IMG/VR virus record: IMGVR_UViG_3300046499_000422
Coordinates: 4,060-68,059 of that record
Direction: 5' to 3' (one strand)
Source: a virus
DNA length: 64,000 nucleotides
Shown here: piece after piece, positions 17,922 to 25,750 of the stretch
Layout of the letters: every line of letters begins with the position of its first letter
Numbering within the stretch: the stretch's first letter is position 1
Position numbers and translations under genes: made by a program
The notes under the pieces: model-generated
The model's input: only the letters and a program-made list of their open reading frames with translations
Told to the model about the DNA's origin: nothing
Database searches by the model: none

Positions 17922-18079
17922 CGCGGTTGAACGCATGGTCAGGGTGCGTTTCGGGTTTTAAATGCACTCGTTTGGGTGACTACACAGCTACGGTTTGCGC
18001 GTATCGTGATCAGACCTCGCGCACTTCGAACGCACGTGCGATTGGTTAACGCTGTCCACGTGCGGGATTAGGGGGTCGG

Positions 18080-18310
18080 ATGATAGAGGTGCGAGTCCGC
18101 GCAACCCGCCTGGACGATGGAGCACCCGTGGTGGTCCGCGACACCATGGACGTCTACGACCTACAGATCGATTTCGACCAGCCGGCCGCCGACATCGTCG
18201 GCGCACTCAAGGCCGTCTTCCAAGAGGCCGTCGACAGCAAGCGCTGGCAGCGCCACCGCAGTACCGACCCCGACGAGGCCGGCCCCGACGGGACCGACCT
18301 CGACGACTGA
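18080..18310 (+). CDS. Small acidic hypothetical protein in the immunity region
   Basis: 76 aa, high GC3, convergent with int. Confidence 0.7.
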   Translation: MIEVRVRATRLDDGAPVVVRDTMDVYDLQIDFDQPAADIVGALKAVFQEAVDSKRWQRHRSTDPDEAGPDGTDLDD

Positions 18311-18332
18311 GCGGCACGCGCCCCGGGTCCGA

Positions 18333-19325
18333 CTATCCCAGCCGGTCGCCGGGGCTCAGCTCTGTGTGCTGCTGCCTGGCCCGCGCCTCGCCCGCCGATG
18401 ACCCGTACCGGCTCAGCATCTCGCGGGACTTCCAGCCCATGATCCGCATCAGGGCGTCCTCGTTGCCGTTGTGGAGTTTCCACAGGTGGGCAAACGTGTG
18501 ACGGAACTGGTGCGGGTGGATCGGCTCTATGCCAGCCTCGGCGCAACGACGCTTGAGCATCGTCCCCATGCCCCAGATCGTCAGCGCCCGCTTCCCCTTG
18601 ATGGAGAACCACAGGGGGTCTGTCTTCTGAATCGGCCGCCCGACGTGCTTCTGTGCCGCCCGCAGGTACCGGTCCATCGCGACTGCGGTTGCCCGGCCGA
18701 ACGGCGCCGGCCGCTCACGATTGCCCTTGCCGAGGACGTGCAGGACGTTGATGTCCAGGTCGAGCTTCTCGTTCGTCCGCTCGGTCACCTCCGATAGCCG
18801 GGCGCCTGTGTCGAGGAACATCATGATGATCGCCGTGTCGCGGCGTTCGGCGTAGCCCTTCCCGGCGCACGTCTTCAGCAGTTTCTTGATGTCCTCGTCG
18901 GGGATGATCGGCACCTCGACCTCGCCGAGCTCGGGCGCCTTCATGGTGCGCATGGGGGAGCGGTCCATCTCCTCCTCGTCGACCAGCCAGGTGAACCAGG
19001 TGCGGAGCGTGCGGAAGTGCTGGTGCGCGTTCCCGGCGCTGTCGGGCTTGATGAGGGTGCTGATGTACGCCTCGATGTGCTCGCGGTGCAGCCCGGTGTC
19101 CTTGCCCTCCAGGGTCGTGGGCGCCGGCCGGGCGTCGGGGTCGTCCGGGTCGGGGGAGTAGTTGAGGATGAAGGCGGTCAGGCCTTCGGCGGCGGTGCGG
19201 TAGATCCGCTGCGTGTTCAGGCTCAGGTTCCGGGCGCGCAGGGAGCGCAGCCATGAGGTCGCCAGCGGGGCGAGGTCGAGCGGGGCGGGGCTGTTGGAGA
19301 ACGTTGCTGCGGGCGGCTTGGCCAT
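18333..19325 (-). CDS. int: Tyrosine integrase
   Basis: Catalytic R (TGARLSE), K (GKG), HxxR (HQFRH), GW and Y (SRY); next to attP. Confidence 0.95.
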   Translation of the reverse strand: MAKPPAATFSNSPAPLDLAPLATSWLRSLRARNLSLNTQRIYRTAAEGLTAFILNYSPDPDDPDARPAPTTLEGKDTGLHREHIEAYISTLIKPDSAGNAHQHFRTLRTWFTWLVDEEEMDRSPMRTMKAPELGEVEVPIIPDEDIKKLLKTCAGKGYAERRDTAIIMMFLDTGARLSEVTERTNEKLDLDINVLHVLGKGNRERPAPFGRATAVAMDRYLRAAQKHVGRPIQKTDPLWFSIKGKRALTIWGMGTMLKRRCAEAGIEPIHPHQFRHTFAHLWKLHNGNEDALMRIMGWKSREMLSRYGSSAGEARARQQHTELSPGDRLG

Positions 19326-19513
19326 GGATGTCCTCTCATACCCGTTCGCGTACGCGAACGATCGCCCCCTGTGGAGATGGGTGGTGGTTGTTTGGGGGCA
19401 TGGGAAGGACGTTACGCCGAAATCGGATTTTGCGGGAGCGCTTGGCCGGTAACCGCTGCGCTTGCGTCGGGGCGAGAGGCCTGACGGGCGAACCCGCTGG
19501 TGGGAGTGTGTTT

Positions 19514-19557
19514 GTGCCCCGGGCAGGACTCGAACCTGCGGCCAAGCGCTTAGAAGG
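19514..19557 (-). other. attP core: 3' half of tRNA-Arg(UCU)
   Basis: Minus strand reads CTTCTAA-GCGCT-TGGCC-GCAGG-TTCGAGT-CCTGC-CCGGGGC-A (anticodon loop, T arm, acceptor 3' strand). The 5' half is missing. Confidence 0.85.
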
Positions 19558-19681
19558 TGTGCGGGCCTGAACGCTACGCTCACCTGCTGTTTTGCCAGGT
19601 GGCGCGAGACCAAACTAGGCGGGAGCGCTTGGCCTATTCTCGGGCCCATTTTGGCGCGATCCGTTCAGCGTGAACACGATA

Positions 19682-19713
19682 CCGCCCCGGACCTGTTGCC
19701 AGGGCCGGGGCGG
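19682..19713. terminator. GC-rich hairpin near attP
   Basis: ccgccccgg...ccggggcgg stem. Confidence 0.5.
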
Positions 19714-19982
19714 CTCTAGGACCAGAGCTCCGCCATCTGGGCGGACGTGACCTCGCGCGAGAGCACAACCCCGGTCCCGCTGGTGCCGCCCAGCGAGGGG
19801 CGGCGGTCATGCGATGCCGGAGCAGCGATGCTGCTCCGGCACCAATCTTTGCTGTCACTGCCGTCGGCAGCCGGGCTGCATATATGCACGGCGGGCGTCC
19901 CTCGCCTCTACCCTCCTAGCCAACGAGGTAAGCGACCGTTTGGGCACTGACAAGATGATCTTTGCACCACAGCGTGTGTCGG

Positions 19983-20228
19983 GTGCCACTCCGCCGCAGC
20001 CCCTACCCCGACTGGATCCGCCCCCGCCAGCAAGCCCTCGGCCGCCGTATCGCCGACCTCCGCAAGGCCGCCGACCTGTCACAGGACCAACTCGCCGACC
20101 GGGCCGGCATGGAACGCAGGTCGATCCAGCGGTACGAGAACGCCGTGCGGACGCCGCGCATCACGGACCTGTGGCTCATCGCGGAGGCCCTGGACGTGCC
20201 AGTCGCCGACCTGCTCGCGGAGGAGTGA
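19983..20228 (+). CDS. XRE-family HTH regulator
   Basis: LGRRIADLRKAADLSQDQLADRAGMERRSIQRYENA. Confidence 0.9.
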   Translation: MPLRRSPYPDWIRPRQQALGRRIADLRKAADLSQDQLADRAGMERRSIQRYENAVRTPRITDLWLIAEALDVPVADLLAEE

Positions 20229-20265
20229 GGACGGCCGCCGCCGGGGGAAACGGCGACCGCCCAGC

Positions 20266-20442
20266 TCATCGCGCCACCACCGAGTGGCACAAGCAGCGAC
20301 ACGACGCCCTGGCCAGCAGCACGCCCATGCCATGCGGCAGCGGCACGTCGTGGGCCTTGCGGCAGTACGCATGCAGCTCCTCGACGCCCCGGTCGCCAGC
20401 CATACGGCACTCGTCCGACAGCACCACCGTGGGCGCGGTCAT
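20266..20442 (-). CDS. 58-aa Cys/His peptide (absent from the ORF track)
   Basis: MTAPTVVLSDECRM...HAYC...CRCLCH; ATGA coupling. Confidence 0.6.
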   Translation of the reverse strand: MTAPTVVLSDECRMAGDRGVEELHAYCRKAHDVPLPHGMGVLLARASCRCLCHSVVAR

Positions 20443-20600
20443 GCGGTATAGCGGCGGACGCAGGCGGGACAGGCATACAACATGCCGCCGGCACCCGAGC
20501 CGGTCTCGACGACACGGACGAGCGTCGGGGCATCAGTGATGCGACCGCAGCCGATACACGGCAGGGCGCGCCGGCGCTTGGGCTTCGTCTTGGTACTCAC
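20439..20600 (-). CDS. 53-aa Zn-ribbon peptide (absent from the ORF track)
   Basis: MSTKTKPKRRRALPCIGC...YACPAC; GTGA coupling. Confidence 0.65.
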   Translation of the reverse strand: MSTKTKPKRRRALPCIGCGRITDAPTLVRVVETGSGAGGMLYACPACVRRYTA

Positions 20601-21022
20601 CGGTCATCGCCCCAGAACGCGGCCAGGGCCTTCGTCAACAGCGGATCCAGCGCCCCCGGGCGAGTCGACTCCCCGACGGCGGTCTCCGTCCAGCCGCCCG
20701 CCGCCTGCACCCTGCGCGCGTACGCCTGCTGCCGCGCCGGCTCCGAGTGGAGACGGTCCCAGTCGTTGACCAGGCACAGTACCGGCCGGCGCTCAGCGTG
20801 GACGCGAAGCACGGACAGCATCGCCTGGAACCGCGGCCTGCGTTCGTTGGCGTCTTCCTCGACCCATTCGCCAGCCAGCTCGTAGCTGTGATCCTCAGCC
20901 CACAGGCGGCAGGCGGCGACGCGTACGGCGATGAGGGCGCGGGCCGTGGTGGCTGTGCTGCCGGTCGGCCGGTCGTAGATGAACGCCAGTGGTCTGAGCT
21001 CTGGCTGCTGCTCGGTGCCCAT
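20597..21022 (-). CDS. Stand-alone serine-resolvase-like N-terminal domain, apparently non-catalytic
   Basis: LAFIYDRP...W.E...RP.FQAML...LV.DWDRL resolvase-fold motifs; no YxRVS serine and no DNA-binding domain. Confidence 0.7.
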   Translation of the reverse strand: MGTEQQPELRPLAFIYDRPTGSTATTARALIAVRVAACRLWAEDHSYELAGEWVEEDANERRPRFQAMLSVLRVHAERRPVLCLVNDWDRLHSEPARQQAYARRVQAAGGWTETAVGESTRPGALDPLLTKALAAFWGDDR

Positions 21023-21124
21023 CGGTGCCCCCGAGGCGTCGATGATCAGGTCACCATCGACCGTAAGAGCACTGTGACCTGCACATCAATGGTACTTTTC
21101 CCGGCCCGCGAGCAGAAGTACCAA

Positions 21125-22300
21125 TCACATGGGCAGGCCCACCGCATCCGCCAGCTCACGCATCTGCGGCGTCAGCGTCCTCCTCCGGCTCACCACCTCG
21201 CCCAAGATGTCCCGCGCGTACCGCTGCTGCGCCAGCCATTCCGGGGCCCGCTCGCGCACGTCGGCCAGGACCTCCACGGCCTCGCCGTGCTGGCGCAGCA
21301 TCACATACGCTTTCGCGACGTCCAGCCGGTGACGGTGATACTCCGTCCCCGGGGCAGCGCCCGGCGCCGCCTTGAGACCAGGGGCCGTCGCCAGCACCGC
21401 CTCCGGCCGGTCCTGCACAACCCCCCGCTCCGCGCACTTGTACGCCACCGTGACCGGCCCCCACGACGCCAGCCGACTGGACCCGATCGGCAACTCCCGC
21501 CCAGTCAGCACAGCAGCAGACCGGGCCAGGCGCATCGCGTCCCCTGCCTCACCGTCGCGGGCGTCCCGCAGCCCAGCAGCAGCCACCTGCAACAGCAGCC
21601 ACCCCCACGCCGCCAACTCCTCCGGCGTTGCCTTCGACATGCGGGGCTCGAGGTCGTCCGCCCATCGGACTGCCATGTCGCGGCCTTCTTCGACGCGGCC
21701 CTGACGGACCAGCAGCCACGTCCAGGTCGTGACGATGCTCGCCGCGCGCAGGCGGTCCGTCGCGGCGTCCAGGGCGCGGGTGAGGGCGGTCTCGGCGGCG
21801 GCGAACTGGCGCGCCTGCGTGAGGGTAGAGCCGGCGAGTTGCAGCAGGTGCGCGCGGACGGCGCGGGCCTCGGGGTCATCGCCGAGAGCCTCGGCGTCGC
21901 GCAGTAGAGAGGGCAGGAGGGCTGTGACGTCCGTCATTCGGCTCTCGAAGAACGCAGCGCGCGCCTCGGCGAGGACGGTGCGGAGGCCGTCGACGGTGGG
22001 CTCCGTGTCCAGTTGGACGGCCGGGGCCTCGACCGCATCCCTCAGGACCCTCCAGGGCTCGGAGTGGTCGGGTTCTTCGTGGGTGTCGTGGCGTAGCAGG
22101 GTGCTGGTGGTGACTCGCAGGGCGACGGCGAGTTTCCGGGCGGTTTCCATCCGTGTGCCGTGGAGATTCTGCTGCTCCAGCTGACGGATGAGAGAGAGGG
22201 AGACTCCGGAGGCCGTTGCGAGGTCTCGCTGGCTCAATCCACGGCGCCGGCGGATGTCGCGGAGGCGGGTACCGATGTGGTCGTCGGTGGGCTGTGGCAT
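21125..22300 (-). CDS. XRE HTH regulator with large helical (TPR-like) C-terminal region
   Basis: IGTRLRDIRRRRGLSQRDLATASGVSLSLIRQLEQ followed by ~300 aa of helical sequence. Confidence 0.88.
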   Translation of the reverse strand: MPQPTDDHIGTRLRDIRRRRGLSQRDLATASGVSLSLIRQLEQQNLHGTRMETARKLAVALRVTTSTLLRHDTHEEPDHSEPWRVLRDAVEAPAVQLDTEPTVDGLRTVLAEARAAFFESRMTDVTALLPSLLRDAEALGDDPEARAVRAHLLQLAGSTLTQARQFAAAETALTRALDAATDRLRAASIVTTWTWLLVRQGRVEEGRDMAVRWADDLEPRMSKATPEELAAWGWLLLQVAAAGLRDARDGEAGDAMRLARSAAVLTGRELPIGSSRLASWGPVTVAYKCAERGVVQDRPEAVLATAPGLKAAPGAAPGTEYHRHRLDVAKAYVMLRQHGEAVEVLADVRERAPEWLAQQRYARDILGEVVSRRRTLTPQMRELADAVGLPM

Positions 22301-22308
22301 GCTGAACT

Positions 22309-22335
22309 CCGTTCTGACTTCGACACTCAGAACGG
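22309..22335. promoter_or_regulatory. Inverted repeat CCGTTCTGA-N9-TCAGAACGG upstream of the XRE gene
   Basis: Perfect 9-bp dyad in a divergent intergenic region. Confidence 0.55.
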
Positions 22336-22396
22336 TACTCCGGCCCTCATCTTTGGTGGGGGCCGTTGCCGTTGGGGTCGCCCGTAGGATTGCCGC

Positions 22397-22576
22397 ATGC
22401 CCCCGCTCCCCGCCTGTGATGGCGCGCGCCTGCCCACGGCCGCTGAGGCGAACGCGGCGGTGAGGCGGTACAGCGCGGGCCGGACGTCATGGACCCGCGA
22501 GGAGTTGGCGGAGTTGGCGCGGCTGCGTGGGGTGTGGCTGGCGGCATGGCGAGCCGAACTGGTGCGGGCCGCATAA
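22397..22576 (+). CDS. 59-aa helical peptide divergent from the XRE regulator (absent from the ORF track)
   Basis: MPPLPACDGARLPTAAEANAAVRRYSAGRTSWTREELAELARLRGVWLAAWRAELVRAA; AGGA upstream. Confidence 0.6.
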   Translation: MPPLPACDGARLPTAAEANAAVRRYSAGRTSWTREELAELARLRGVWLAAWRAELVRAA

Positions 22577-22583
22577 CGAAGGC

Positions 22584-22609
22584 GCCCCGCCTCCCGAAGG
22601 AAGCGGGGC
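22584..22609. terminator. Hairpin between convergent genes (end of late/lysis operon)
   Basis: gccccgc...gcggggc stem. Confidence 0.6.
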
Positions 22610-22626
22610 ACAGTAAGAGGGCGCGG

Positions 22627-22887
22627 TCAGCGCTGGAAGAGAGCCACAGCGGCAGCTGCGGCCCCAGCCATGCCAGTGATCGCGCCGAGCGTGGGCAACG
22701 GCCAGCGGGCGCGTTCCAGGACGCGGATCCGGTTCTCGTGGTCGGAGAGATCGTCGGCCATTGCTTTGGCGGTGCCGTTGAAAGCATCGAGCTTGGTCTC
22801 AACCCGGGTGACGGCGTCGTGCAGCGCTCTCATCTCCGTGTACATCTGCGCCGAACTGATGTAGACCCCGGGGTCTTGCGGTGTCAC
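22627..22887 (-). CDS. Lysis-cassette protein (coiled coil plus C-terminal TM)
   Basis: DHENRIRVLERARWPLPTLGAITG; last gene of the lysis block. Confidence 0.75.
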   Translation of the reverse strand: MTPQDPGVYISSAQMYTEMRALHDAVTRVETKLDAFNGTAKAMADDLSDHENRIRVLERARWPLPTLGAITGMAGAAAAAVALFQR

Positions 22888-22890
22888 AGG

Positions 22891-23211
22891 TCACGCGCCC
22901 CGGGCCGAGCCGGAGGTGATGAGGGAGTCCTGCGCCTTCCCGGACAGCCCGACCGGCTTGTACAGGCCGAAGTGGCTGAGGACGCCGATCGCGAAGCTGA
23001 CGCCCCACAGGACCACAGCCGTGCCCACGCTGTAGCCGTCCGACGCCTGCGACAACTCCACGAGGAAGCCGTTCAGCGCGGTGAGCAGCAGGAGCAACAC
23101 CGCCTTCGCGCCGGCCGAGGTGACCCGGGTCGTGACCAGACCGACCAGGACCGGCAGGGCCACGCTGATCGCCAGGCCCAGCCAGTACGCGCCATCGAGA
23201 TGAATGCTCAT
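22891..23211 (-). CDS. Putative holin
   Basis: 106 aa, three hydrophobic helices, downstream of the endolysin. Confidence 0.75.
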   Translation of the reverse strand: MSIHLDGAYWLGLAISVALPVLVGLVTTRVTSAGAKAVLLLLLTALNGFLVELSQASDGYSVGTAVVLWGVSFAIGVLSHFGLYKPVGLSGKAQDSLITSGSARGA

Positions 23212-23238
23212 GAGGTACTCCAGTTCGGTGAGAAGGGG

Positions 23239-24213
23239 TCAGGATGCGAGGCGGGCGGCGAGCTTGGCCGCGACCTGCTCAGCGATCGCCGCCGCCAGCC
23301 CCGGGCTCGACGCGATCGCCTGGACCTGCGCATCCGACAGGACGGGCTGGAGAGCGTCGAGCTTGGCCGCGATCGTGTTAAGCACGATGTTCTGTGCGGT
23401 CTGGGAGGACACCATCGAGGCGGTGGCCGTCTCCAGGCCGCGCACCCGGCTGTTGGTGTCCTTGAGGTACGACTGGGGCTGCCATGTCGGGTTGGTCGCA
23501 GCCTCGCTGGCGGGGGCGGTGATGTCGTCGATCTTCCACACGGCGTCGTGGGTTTCCTGGGCGGTGAGTGTCATGGTGTCCTCCTGGTTGGCCCACGTCC
23601 GGAGTTCGGCGGGGCTGAGGTAGCAGATGGTTCGGTCCAACGGTGTGCTGGTGAACTGCCAGAACAGCGGCGACCAGCCAGACGGCTTCGGCCTCGTCGC
23701 GGCCTCCGCCTTCGGGTAGGACACGGCGGTGTAGCCCCACGTGTAGGCCGGGTACCAGACCGTCGTGCCCTCAGGAACGTGGCCGGCTTCGAGGTCGGAC
23801 GCGGAGGTGTACACCCCGACGCGCTGTCCCGGAAACGCCGCCTGCACCGCGCTGATCCACGTCGTGGCCCACGCCCGGATCTGCGCGGCGCTCCGCCCGG
23901 CGTAGTTCGCGCCGTCCGACCGGCGTTCCAGGTCGAGCCAGTGCAGGAACCCTGCGGTCGCGTACGGCTTCACGGCGGCCACATAGTTCGCCGCCTCCAC
24001 CGCAGCGTCCTGCGTCGGCCACCCGAAGTGGTACGCGCCCGGGACGAGCCCGGCCTTGACGATGCCGGTGATGTGCTTGGCGAACGCGTCGTCCCGCGAG
24101 CGCTGGCCCTCAGACGCCTTGGCGAACGCGAACGTGACGCCGTCGGCCTTGTGACCAGCCCAATCCTGGGGGTTCTGGTAGGCGGAGACGTCGATACCCC
24201 GGGACGTGGCCAT
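23239..24213 (-). CDS. Endolysin, GH25 muramidase
   Basis: GIDVSAYQ, FAKASEG, GAYHF, LDLE and WQFTS motifs. Confidence 0.92.
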   Translation of the reverse strand: MATSRGIDVSAYQNPQDWAGHKADGVTFAFAKASEGQRSRDDAFAKHITGIVKAGLVPGAYHFGWPTQDAAVEAANYVAAVKPYATAGFLHWLDLERRSDGANYAGRSAAQIRAWATTWISAVQAAFPGQRVGVYTSASDLEAGHVPEGTTVWYPAYTWGYTAVSYPKAEAATRPKPSGWSPLFWQFTSTPLDRTICYLSPAELRTWANQEDTMTLTAQETHDAVWKIDDITAPASEAATNPTWQPQSYLKDTNSRVRGLETATASMVSSQTAQNIVLNTIAAKLDALQPVLSDAQVQAIASSPGLAAAIAEQVAAKLAARLAS

Positions 24214-25046
24214 CACACGCCTACCTCAACGAGAGCGGCCCGCACCTTCGCCGCAACCTCAGCGCCCGTCAGGACTGCCGGGGCCGGCACCGGCGCCGGA
24301 GCGGCCACCAGCTGCGGGACCGTCACGTCACCGTCCTGCGCGAGCAGCCACCCCATGTCCGCCTCGGCCACATAGCAGCTGCCGGCATCGCCCCATGAGG
24401 ACGCCCACGAGTTGTCCAGGCGGAACACCCGGGCCGTCGCGTCGTACGCGGACACCACCAGCTCGTGGCCGCCCGCGATACCGCTGGTGCGGTCGACGTT
24501 GAGGGTGCCGTCGCTCTTCGGGTCGAACATTGAGTTGAGCCACACGATGCCGACCAGCGCCGGGCCCGTCTGGAGCGCAGCCTTCAGCGCGTCCAGGCCA
24601 AACGCGTGCGAGTACGACGTGGCCAGCCCCAGCGCCTTCGCGGTCTTCCCGCACGCGATGCCCGACGACCCGGTGTCGTCCGGCGGATACGAGCCGGGGA
24701 CGCTGTCCAGCAGCGTGTTCAGGCGGTACGCCCGCACCGCGAACGCCTCGTCCAACACGTACGTCCCTGCGGTGAACACGCCCTTCGGGTCGGCCTTCAC
24801 CGCGGCCTCAGTAGCGCCCGGGCGGCCGGCGGAATCCGTGCCGAGCAGACCCGTCAGGGCGTTCGCCGTGCACGAGCCCAGCCGGCCCTGATCGAGGATC
24901 GGGATCCGCCGCGCCCACACCGCCGTCTTGACGGCCGCCTTGGGTAGCACACCGACCGCGTAGGCGTAGCTGCGAGGGTCGTGCTCAACGTGCCGGCCGA
25001 GACGGTACGCGGCGCCGGTCTCGTCTATCCTCTGGGTTTTCGTCAT
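24213..25046 (-). CDS. Papain-like (C1) cysteine peptidase
   Basis: DQGRLGSC (Q and C), GGHE (H) and NSWASSWG (N) catalytic motifs. Confidence 0.85.
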   Translation of the reverse strand: MTKTQRIDETGAAYRLGRHVEHDPRSYAYAVGVLPKAAVKTAVWARRIPILDQGRLGSCTANALTGLLGTDSAGRPGATEAAVKADPKGVFTAGTYVLDEAFAVRAYRLNTLLDSVPGSYPPDDTGSSGIACGKTAKALGLATSYSHAFGLDALKAALQTGPALVGIVWLNSMFDPKSDGTLNVDRTSGIAGGHELVVSAYDATARVFRLDNSWASSWGDAGSCYVAEADMGWLLAQDGDVTVPQLVAAPAPVPAPAVLTGAEVAAKVRAALVEVGV

Positions 25047-25068
25047 AGCGTCCTCTTCGCGGTGCGGT

Positions 25069-25314
25069 TCAGGCGGTGGGGGTTATGGCCTCGGTGCGGG
25101 TGTGCTTCCGCTGAGCGGAGTCCAAGATGAAATGCGCCGAGCCCGACAGCAGATCAACCATCTGCTGCACTATCGGCACCACATCGGGCGAGCTCGTGTC
25201 GTCGGTCGTCAGCGTCATGGCGAATTGCATGTGGTAGTCACCGACCATGTCCACGCTGCGGCCGGTGATGCTGAACACGTAATCGGATGCATCCTGCGCG
25301 CTTCCCAGTGCCAT
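25069..25314 (-). CDS. Small tail-region protein
   Basis: MALGSAQDASDY..., 81 aa, AAGGGG RBS. Confidence 0.65.
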   Translation of the reverse strand: MALGSAQDASDYVFSITGRSVDMVGDYHMQFAMTLTTDDTSSPDVVPIVQQMVDLLSGSAHFILDSAQRKHTRTEAITPTA

Positions 25315-25325
25315 GAGGTCCCCTT

Positions 25326-25739
25326 TTAGCTTTCGACGATGAAGCTTGCATATACGCGGACCGTCGCCAGGTTGGCGACGCTCGCGTTTCCGGAGATGGA
25401 CCTCAGCGTGATCAGCCCGGCCGAGGTGATGGTGCATTCGCCGTCCACTGTTCCCGTGCCATAGACGGTGTTGATGCTCTCGACGGGGCACCACCCTGCG
25501 GGCAATGTCGCCAGCGGGGTGTCAGTAATGTTGCCCGTGTTCGTGGCGAGTTCAGTGATATCAGCCCCTGTGCGGGACATGATGACCTGCACGGTGACAA
25601 CCCCGAAAATCTTGCGGGCGGAGAACGAGCTGACGCTGAATCCGGCGGACGCCACGAGACCCGAAGTGGTGCTGTCGTCCAACGTGCGGTCATTGAGGCG
25701 CGCTGCGGTGATGCGCATGCCCGCAGTCCACGTAGTCAT
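25326..25739 (-). CDS. Minor tail / receptor-binding-like protein
   Basis: WTAGMRITAARLN N-terminus and LATLPAGWCP beta motif. Confidence 0.7.
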   Translation of the reverse strand: MTTWTAGMRITAARLNDRTLDDSTTSGLVASAGFSVSSFSARKIFGVVTVQVIMSRTGADITELATNTGNITDTPLATLPAGWCPVESINTVYGTGTVDGECTITSAGLITLRSISGNASVANLATVRVYASFIVES

Positions 25740-25750
25740 GACCTGTCTCC

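Noticed and set aside
19514-19590. Complete tRNA gene
   Set aside because: The D arm, 5' acceptor strand and 5' anticodon stem are absent; only the 3' half is present (attP).
20597-21022. Active serine integrase or invertase
   Set aside because: It lacks the catalytic serine motif and any recombinase or DNA-binding domain, and a tyrosine integrase with tRNA attP already explains integration.
21125-22576. Arbitrium/RRNPP peptide-communication system (HTH-TPR receptor plus small peptide)
   Set aside because: The neighbouring 59-aa ORF is divergent and has no signal peptide. XRE-TPR-like regulators are common in Streptomyces, so the sequence gives no positive support.
22489-24375. Long + strand ORFs (for example 628 aa here, 39446-41230, 54385-56334, 30288-31913)
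   Set aside because: They are antisense shadows of real minus-strand genes, expected in high-GC DNA, and show no recognisable motifs.
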